Origin: the human T2T-CHM13v2.0 reference genome, Homo sapiens
Strand: one strand, 5' to 3'
DNA length: 64,000 nt
NCBI RefSeq assembly: GCF_009914755.1
Contig: NC_060931.1
The position numbers and the translations under genes were made by a program. The notes beneath the pieces were generated by a model, which saw only the letters and a program-made list of their open reading frames with translations, was not told the origin of the DNA and ran no database searches. The number at the start of each line of letters is the position of its first letter. Position 1 is the stretch's first letter. This document shows positions 54,949 through 64,000 of the stretch, in pieces.

Positions 54949-56540
54949 ACAAGAATTTTGTCAATAATACCTCTCTTATTAATGTTAGCCATGATTTGGT
55001 AAATATAAGCTCCAAAAAGCTAAAGCCATTTATTCAAATAAGTGACTTTATTAAAGTCATTGTTTAAAATTTAAGTACATCAAGAAAATGAAAATTTATA
55101 ACAATATATTTCCTCTTAAATGTGAGTAAGCTTAGTACAATCATGCTAAGAAAACAAAATAATTTAATTGATAAGAATCATGTTTTGGCAAAAAAAAAAA
55201 GTCATCAATACAATTACTCTAAGATCACTAAAGAACTAGGAAAACAAGAGCATAATTAGGAAATCCTTTGTTCCAGGGCATGATGAGATGAACTTGCCTT
55301 ATAAAGTCATTTATCACAACCCTAAGTTGCATAAATGTAATGATAAAAGGTCCATTACCAAATTTGCACTTGCAAATCATTTCAAGATACCCTCCCTTTG
55401 TGGAGCGGGGAATAAACTTACATGCCAACAAAATATATGAGATATAGAATAATCTTCAGAAAATATAGCTAAGTCAATGTGAATGCTAGTAAAACTTTTT
55501 AAAAACATACAAAAAAAGAAGGAAATGACAAATAGTTCCCTTAAACTTTTCAAGACTTTCCTTCACCAAGCTTCAACTTAAGGCTTTTCTCATACAACTG
55601 GAATAGATTTGTAATTTTTCCCCCTTATAATTCTCTTTGATGACCTCCAGATTGTAGGACAGCACATCCTGCCAAGCATTTTAAGTGCACATTCATTTTG
55701 TTACATTGAAAAAACCCTAAAGGTTCAAATTCTATCTAATTAAGTACATTCCTCATCTCATGGTTCAATTAATTTCACTCACCATAAAGCATATGTGAGT
55801 CTCTTCCAGCCACTTCCTATTTAATTTATTTCAACTCCCAGAAAACTGGCTCCTTCTTAACTCACACTTCCAGATTACCCTATTTCCTTATAATTCACTG
55901 TTCCCCTATCCCCCTTCTATAGGGGGATATATAGATTAGTATATAGTTTATATAGTATATAGATTATTACTTTTATTTTCGTTTTATAGTTGAGAAAGAT
56001 TATTACTTTCATTTTCATTTTATAGTTGAAAAAGTGAGCACTTACTATGTGTCAGGTTCTATTCTAGTCCATTGCCATCTACTCTCCTCTGCTGAGGAAG
56101 TGACAGTTCTGAGTTCTATCACCATTGATTCAGATGGCTGATTCATTCTTGATCTACATATAAACGGAATCTTACAGCATATACTCTTTTTGTCTGGCTT
56201 CTCTGCTTAACATAATGTTCTGAAGATTTACCCACATTGCTGTAGGAAGAGCTGGTTTGATTCCCAGCTCAAATACTCTAGTCATGAGACCTCCACACAG
56301 AACTGAAGCTCCAAAGGAAAAGGAACTTTTATCTTTTTTGCAGTGTTCTTTATCTTGATTAGAGTGATGATTACCCAGTTGTAGACATTTGTCAGGATCC
56401 ATCAAGCTCTATCCTTGAAATCTGTGCATTTTACTACATGTAATTATGGCTTAAAAATATAGTAAAAAAGTTTTCAAACTCCTGTTCTCCCAACCATACT
56501 TTCTCTTCATTTATCAAAGGCTTCAACAACCTCTAAACTA

Positions 56541-57864
56541 TTTTTTTTAATACTTTACATTCTAGGGTACATGTGCACAACGTGCAGGTTTGTTACATAT
56601 GTATACATATGTCATATTGGTGTGCTGCACCCATTAACTCGTCATTTACATTAGGTATATCTCCTAACGCTATCCCTCCCCACTCCCACCACCCCACAAC
56701 AGGCCCCAGTGTGTGATGTTCCCCTTCCTGGGTCCAAATGTTCTCATTGTTCAATTCCCACCTATGAGTGAGAACATGCGGTGTTTGGGTTTGTCCTTGC
56801 CATAGTTTGCTGAGAATGATGGTTTCCAGCTTCATCCATGTCCCTACAAAGGACATGAACTCATCCTTTTTTATGGCTGCATAGTATTTCATGGTATATA
56901 TGTGCCACATTTTCTTAATCCAGTCTATCATTGATGGACATTTGGGTTGGTTCCAAGTCTTTGCTATTGTGAATAGTGCTGCAATAAACATATGTGTGCA
57001 TGTGTCTTTATAGCAGCATGATTTATAATCCTTTGGGTATATACCCAGTAATGGGATGGCTGGGTCAAATGGTATTTCTAGTTCTAGATCCTTGAGGAAT
57101 CGCCACACTGACTTCCACAATGGTTGAACTAGTTTACAGTCCCACCAACAGTGTAAAAGTGTTCCTATTTCTCCACATCCTCTCCAGCATCTGTTGTTTC
57201 CTGACTTTTTAATGATCGCCATTCTAACTGGTATGAGATGGTATTTCATTGTGGTTTTGATTTGCATTTCTCTGATGGCCAGTGATGATGAGCATTTTTT
57301 CATGTGTCTGTTGGCTGCCTAAATGTCTTCTTTTGAGAAGTGTCGGTTCATATCCTTCGCCCACTTTTTGATGGAGTTGTTTTTTTCTTGTAAATTTGTT
57401 TGAGTTCTTTGTAGATTCTGGATATTAGCGCTTTGTCAGATGAGTAGTTTGCAAAAATTTTCTCCCATTTTGTAGGTTGCCTGTTCACTCTGATGGTAGT
57501 TTCTTTTGCTGTGCAGAAGCTCTTTAGTTTAATTAGATCCCATTTGTCAATTTTGGCTTTTGTTGCCATTGCTTTTGGTGTTTTAGACATGAAGTCCTTG
57601 TGCATGCCTATGTCCTGAATGGTATTGCCTAGGTTTTCTTCTAGAGTTTTTATGGTTTTAGGTCTAACATTTAAGACTTTAATCTATCTTGAATAAATTT
57701 TTGTATAAGGTGTACGGAAGGGATCCAGTTTCAGCTTTCTGCATATGGCTAGCCAGTTTTCCCAGCACCGTTTATTAAATAGGGAATCCTTTCCCCATTT
57801 CTTGTTTTTGTCAGGTTTGTCAAAGATCATATGGTTGTAGATGTGTGGTATTATTTCTGGGGGC
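56541..57864 (-). mobile_element. L1PA (L1PA4-like) ~1.3 kb 5'-truncated element
   Basis: ORFs 56593-57303 and 57348-57605 are L1 ORF2 C-terminal pieces; L1PA 3'UTR. Confidence 0.95.
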
Positions 57865-59329
57865 TTTTTTTTTTTTTTTTTTTGTAGTTTACAGACGTAA
57901 AACAGGATCCTGGCAGTTCAGCCTGCTCTCTAGCATTCATTAACATGCCACAGTCTAGCAGGCAGATCACCTTGCACCAAATTCACCTTTAAATACTTAC
58001 CCTTTGCTAGTTTTTAAATTGTGTTCCCAGTCCTTTTCTCAAGCTTCATTTTATTTTAGTCTCTAGTCTTCCTAACTCTTGCTTCATTTGTCTTAGGTTA
58101 TGTTCGTATTCTTCCATTTAATATGGACACGTGTGCCTAGTATGGTAATTTGATGTGCAATAAACATTGGTTTATTTAGTTTTCTCCTGTTTTTCATTTC
58201 CATTGTGATCTATCGTGTCTTGCTGTTTCTAGTCAGTTGACCACACTTAGTTTCTCCTTCCTGTAATCTGCTGTCCAAGTAAACAACTGCTTCACTTTTA
58301 TGATTCCGAGATGTTCACTTAAGGTTCTCACTTACTTCCAAGTTTTGAACCTGCTTTCTTATTAGTCTGAAAGAAGACCAGAACACTGCTTCCCTCAATA
58401 TATACACTTTCTTCTTATAAATGAAAATTTCAGCAAATACTCCGCTTTTAGTAGACTAACTCCTCCACCAGCTGTCCAAACATTTGAAGGTCCTGCTTCT
58501 CAACTATGTTTTGCCTTAGTGCTACTATTATTCACAGCTCCCTACAGGGTAAGAGGTCTATAGTATATATCCTCACAAATATACTTTTGGTTTCTCTCTC
58601 CAATGGAGAGAGAATACTCAGAAAATCATAATTGGAGGGCCTTCTCAACACTGTTTCTTCCTTTTCTATTAAATCCATTTTCTAAAGAAAAAAATTATAA
58701 CAACATATATTTATTCAAGAATAAATAAGTTCATTATATTATTATTGACCCTATTTCAATGATATCTATGGGAATTATATTTCCATGCTTGTTGTTACTT
58801 TTTAAATTATCTATTTATAAGTGTACATATGTGAGAATAAATAGTGGTAAGGTTTAATCTGACAGTATTACATTAATAGTATCAAACAAGTTAAATATAG
58901 TTTTGAGTGATATAGTTTTGATAATACAGCATAAGATTTTGAATTAATATGAATATAGGAACTTTTATAATACTTTAAAATAAAACCTACCAGTTTAAGT
59001 TGAAATTCAATAAAATTATTAATATTCAGATAATGCATTCATACATATACATATACATATTATACATATGCATACATGTAATTTCTTAGCTACATCTCTA
59101 ATGATTAGATAGATAGGGGAAAGAATCCATTCTGAGAAAGAAAATGGTACTATTGGGTGATGAGCAGAGTCCTCAGAGAATAAAATAAAACAGTTCATTT
59201 CTGTTTCTATCAAGTCGTTTATCAATTCCCACTATATCTGTCTTCAAAGTGCTTTTTTGCCCGTTATTTCCCCCAGGGTCCTGGCTCTCAGACAAGAAGA
59301 GAGGATAGCACTGGAACCTCTAGATCCCT

Positions 59330-59700
59330 TTTCTTAACTTGGACTGCAACAACAAAATATCAGAGACTAGATGACTTAAACAACAGACACCTATTTTCTT
59401 ACAGTCCTAGAGGCTGAGAAGTTCGAGATCAGAGCACCAGCATGGTCGGGTTCGTGGTGAAGGCTTTCCTCTCAGCCCACCATATGGCTGGCTGCCTTCT
59501 CACTGTATCATCACACAGCAGAGACGAAAATCTTGTGTTTCTTCCTCTTCTTATAAGAACATTAATCCCATCATGGGGACTCTACCTTCATGATATCATC
59601 TAAATCTGATTATCTCCCAATGGGCCCACCTCCTAATACCATTACATTGGGGGTTAAGGCTTCAACATATGAAATTGGGGGAGACACAAACATTCCTTTT
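59330..59700 (-). mobile_element. MLT1A/MSTD-like MaLR LTR
   Basis: GACTTAAACAACAGACAC...AGAGGCTGAGAAGTTCGAGATC...CCACCTCCTAATACCATTACATTGGGGGTTAAGG. Confidence 0.75.
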
Positions 59701-59809
59701 ATGATACTTTCCAATTCCTTTAGAAACCTAGAAACAATTCAGCTACAAGACACAATTTTCACTTACACTGCCACCTCTTAAAGCTCTAGTGTATTGTTAT
59801 CCTCACCTA

Positions 59810-60220
59810 GCTGGACATTCTGCAGCTGCTCTGCAAAGATACTCTCCATCCTTCCCTACCTTGCTCAGTGCCACAGAGAGCTAGCTTTGTGGGCTGCATC
59901 CAGAATGCCCCTGACCTTAGTCTTCTAGCTGCGTCGGCCAAGTAGAGGCCCTGCAAAAGATCAGAGTAAAGAAGAAGAATGAATCTTAATTTTTTCCTTC
60001 AAGGGCCCACCAGTATCTGTATTTCTCTTCCGAAGGCCACACTATCAGGTAGATTTTGGGTTCAGCTCACCAGCCCTTACTCTGTCCTTCAGGCCTATGG
60101 TTGGTAACTGCCTCCAGCTGGTGCTGGTGCTTCCTCTTACCTGTCCCACACCCTTGAAAATACCCCCTCATTGCACTCCCCTCAATGACATCACCCATTT
60201 CCATTCAGGACTTTGTCTGT
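59810..60220. mobile_element. LTR33-like ERVL LTR
   Basis: CTTCTAGCTGCGTCGGCCAAGTAGAGGCCCTGCAAAAGATCAGAG resembles LTR33. Confidence 0.45.
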
Positions 60221-61333
60221 GTACACAGTCCCAGTCTCCTTTCTCCATATCACCCCAAATCTCCTCCTATTAGCCTAGTTTGTCACGAGCCTATGCCCCA
60301 AAGGGGGAAGGGCAAGTGCCAAGCCATAAGGAAGGGTCAAGGGCAGGAACAACCCACGCTGCCTCATAAAGGAGTGGCTTGTATAAGTAATAAATTCAAG
60401 TCACACGATAAACAGAGATCTATGTATGGACATTATTAAGAGTTAAAAACTGACCATATTTGGCTTAAAAATATGAAAATCTTACCCAGAGTTAAAGCTT
60501 TGCCTCTCAGCTGCCAAAATAAACACTGCAGTATACTTACCAACTTCCAACTCTTATAATGTTAGAATGTAACCACTTCTCTGAAGTTTTACCTGCTATA
60601 ATTTAGGCATAACTAGGTTTTTCTTTTAACTTGAAAAATATGCTTTTAAATTGCTTTTATTATATTGATGGGACAATTAAGAAATGATAAGAATCACTCT
60701 GTGGGGGAAATCAAGGGCTCTCAAAGAAGGTTCTCAAAAGCAGGCTTGGTTCAAGTCTCATCTCACTGGAATCATTGAGAAGCATCTTCTGGGATCACTT
60801 CCAGAAGGAGAATGTACTCAGAGACTAAACAGCTGCAGGTTCTACTTGCTCCCCTATTCTTCCCCAACTCCAAGATTTTTAGATAAAATTAGGCCCAAAA
60901 TTAATATAATGAACAGCATAAAATGGAAAAGTAAGTAACAGAAAAGAAACCTGAGGGGTTGGAAAGTATCCTATCTTGGTCCATTGCAATGTTCTCTTTT
61001 TATTTTCAATATCCACTGAGTTTGGAAAAACGTGCCCCTTTGTAAATTTCTAGGTTGACATATAAAATGCCTTCTTCACCACAGTTTAAATAGCTGCACA
61101 GAAAGAAATTTCCAGAATATTATAAATACTAACATTACCCTTTTAAGTATATCCAATAAAATATAAATATTACATCAATATGATGCCATCATCATCTATT
61201 TTACAAACATATGAGCAAATACATGCTCAACTCTTCAAGTGTCAAAAATTTGGCTTGGTCCTTTTTTTCCTCAAAACAATTATTCTGTGTGATTTCTCCT
61301 GCAGAATCTATAATAGAATATTATTTTAAAGTA

Positions 61334-61717
61334 ATTTTTTATTATACTTTAAGTTCTGGGATACATGTGCAGAACATGCAGGTTTGTTACATAGGTATAC
61401 ATGTGCCATGGTGGTTTGCTGCACCCATCAACCCATCATCTACATTAGGTATTTCTCCTAATGCTATCCCTCCCCTTGCCCCCAACTCCCCGACAGGCCC
61501 TGGTGTGTGATGTTCCCCTCCCTGTGTCCATGTATTCTTACTGTTCAACTTACGAGTGAGAACATGCGGTGTTTGGTTTTCTGTTCTTGTGTTAGTTTGC
61601 TAAGAATGATCATTTCCAGCTTCATCCATGACTCTGCAAAGGACATGAACTCATTCTTTTTTATGGCTGCATAGTGTTCCATGGTGCATATGTGCCACAT
61701 TTTCTTTATACAGTCTA
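61334..61717 (-). mobile_element. L1PA7-like 3' end
   Basis: TACTTTAAGTTCTGGGATACATGTGCAGAAC...GGTGGTTTGCTGCACCCATCAACCC. Confidence 0.9.
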
Positions 61718-62213
61718 TATTTAATGCTAAAATTATTTTTGATCACCTTAGCATATTTCTCTGCCACAAAAATACGCCTATAAAATGAAATTAATTTTTG
61801 CTGCCTATGATAATAATACCTAAGAATTACAGGTTTCCTTCTGGAGTATTGTTTTAATTATTAGTAGTTCACAATAATAAATAATAGTAATTACTATTAA
61901 AAACAGTAGTATACATTTTATTTATCAATTAAAAACAAATTTTAAACTGTAATAATAGTATATAATTGATCAATAAATTATAAGTAGTACACAAATTTTG
62001 GTGAAAATTGCTAAACATAAAAAGAATAATGTATTGGAAATGTTTATTTTAATGAGCTGGATTAGAGGTAATGCTTATGCACTCTGATTGAAGAAGATTT
62101 TGCTGCCAGTCCTACTGTAATTTCTCCTTTCCCCACGTCTTCCTCCTGGAGGCTTTTACACTACTGAGTACAGCAGCATGGTGAGTTCAGGATGGGTCTG
62201 CATTTCTTTGTAA

Positions 62214-62765
<552 letters not shown>

Positions 62766-63057
62766 AACTACTTTTGCTCATATGCTCTTTGGTTAGCTTC
62801 CAAATATCTCCCAATAGAATCTATAGATGTTATTGTATTTGTCCTGTTGGCAGACATGAGAAAAACTCCCCACATAACTCTCTGAAACAGCAGCACACGC
62901 CCCCTTGCAACACACTCCCCACCACAGGGAATTGCCCAATTCCGTTATCTTAGAGATGCTGTTTCACTTAATCAACAGATTCTGTTACTCTAGGAATTAA
63001 AAATTGATTTGGTAAAATTTCAATTACTCAAATACTGGTAAAGGTTATTCTTTGTCT

Positions 63058-63365
<308 letters not shown>

Positions 63366-63799
63366 TTATTCTTTGTCAATATTGCTTCAGTTATTTTCTT
63401 AAGACAATTTAAATCAGCCCAGCAAAAATGAGCAATTAACTGAACCAGTCAATAAGCCAATCTTTGCTGGGCCCAAACTACATGTTCTATTTTGTATTAG
63501 ATCCTGATAAGGTTTCAAAATAAATAAGAGGCACAGACCTTATCTTCTACAGTTTTTCTGGAGAAAAGAGTATCATGCCCCCAGAAAAGATATAACTAAT
63601 AGCGCAATACACTGTAAGTTCATTCCCACATGACAAATCCAAGGGAAAAAAATAACTATGTAATATTAAGTTTATAAAATGAAATAAGAATTTTCATAGT
63701 GGAGAAAATGTTTTAGGTTAAAAACTATTCAACTTTTAGCTTAGAAGTCTGATGTTGCTCTTTGAATGGCATATGTGTTGGCTAACATCTTGTACAAAA

Positions 63800-64000
63800 A
63801 TGCTAGTGACTAGGAAAATGTAAATCAATAAAATACCATTTCTCATACACTAGGATGGCTATAATTAAAAAAACACATAATAACTAGTATTCATGGGGAC
63901 ATGGAAAACATGCTAGTAGGAATGTAAAATGGTGCAGTCACTTTGGAAAACAGCCTGGCAGTTCCTCAAAAGATTAAACATAGAGTTAACATGATTCACT
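63800..64000 (+). mobile_element. Old L1M ORF2 3' fragment (runs off the window)
   Basis: GGAATGTAAAATGGTGCAGTCACTTTGGAAAACAG...TTAAACATAGAGTTA. Confidence 0.75.

Noticed and set aside
55961-56032. 36-bp tandem duplication (AGATTATTACTTT...TATAGTTGA) in an AT-rich patch
   Set aside because: Ordinary two-copy slippage with mismatches; no spacer structure or functional context.
50254-57605. Longest ORFs (56593-57303, 236 aa; 51571-52191, 206 aa) as CDS
   Set aside because: They are fragments of 5'-truncated L1 ORF2 with frameshifts; no promoter or complete reading frame.
57990-58340. Strong minus-strand donor-like motifs (AGG|GTAAGT at ~58001, GAA|GTAAGT at ~58336)
   Set aside because: No convincing paired acceptors or reading frame.
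61882-61899. 18-bp perfect palindrome TAATAGTAATTACTATTA
   Set aside because: Lies in very AT-rich low-complexity DNA, where such palindromes are common.

Overview
AT-rich, repeat-dense primate (human-like) genomic DNA, intergenic or intronic. No intact protein-coding gene can be supported: the ORFs are Alu, L1, ERV or microsatellite translations, or short unrecognisable frames. The window holds many Alus, L1s of several ages, L2/MIR fossils, MaLR/ERVL LTRs, a Tigger3 element and MER3 copies. The most notable feature is a ~5.2 kb HERV-H copy (33005-38192) with the shape of a retroviral RNA (R-U5...U3-R-poly(A), 14-bp TSD), not a provirus. It appears to be an L1-retroposed HERV-H transcript, with a deleted PBS and no RT YxDD. 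Also notable: an L1PB containing a templated copy of its own 3' end plus unique flank; two convergent L1PA copies sharing unusual variants; a twin-primed inverted L1; and a candidate minus-strand promoter/exon near the window start. Repeat family names come from recalled consensus sequences, and boundaries of old elements are approximate.
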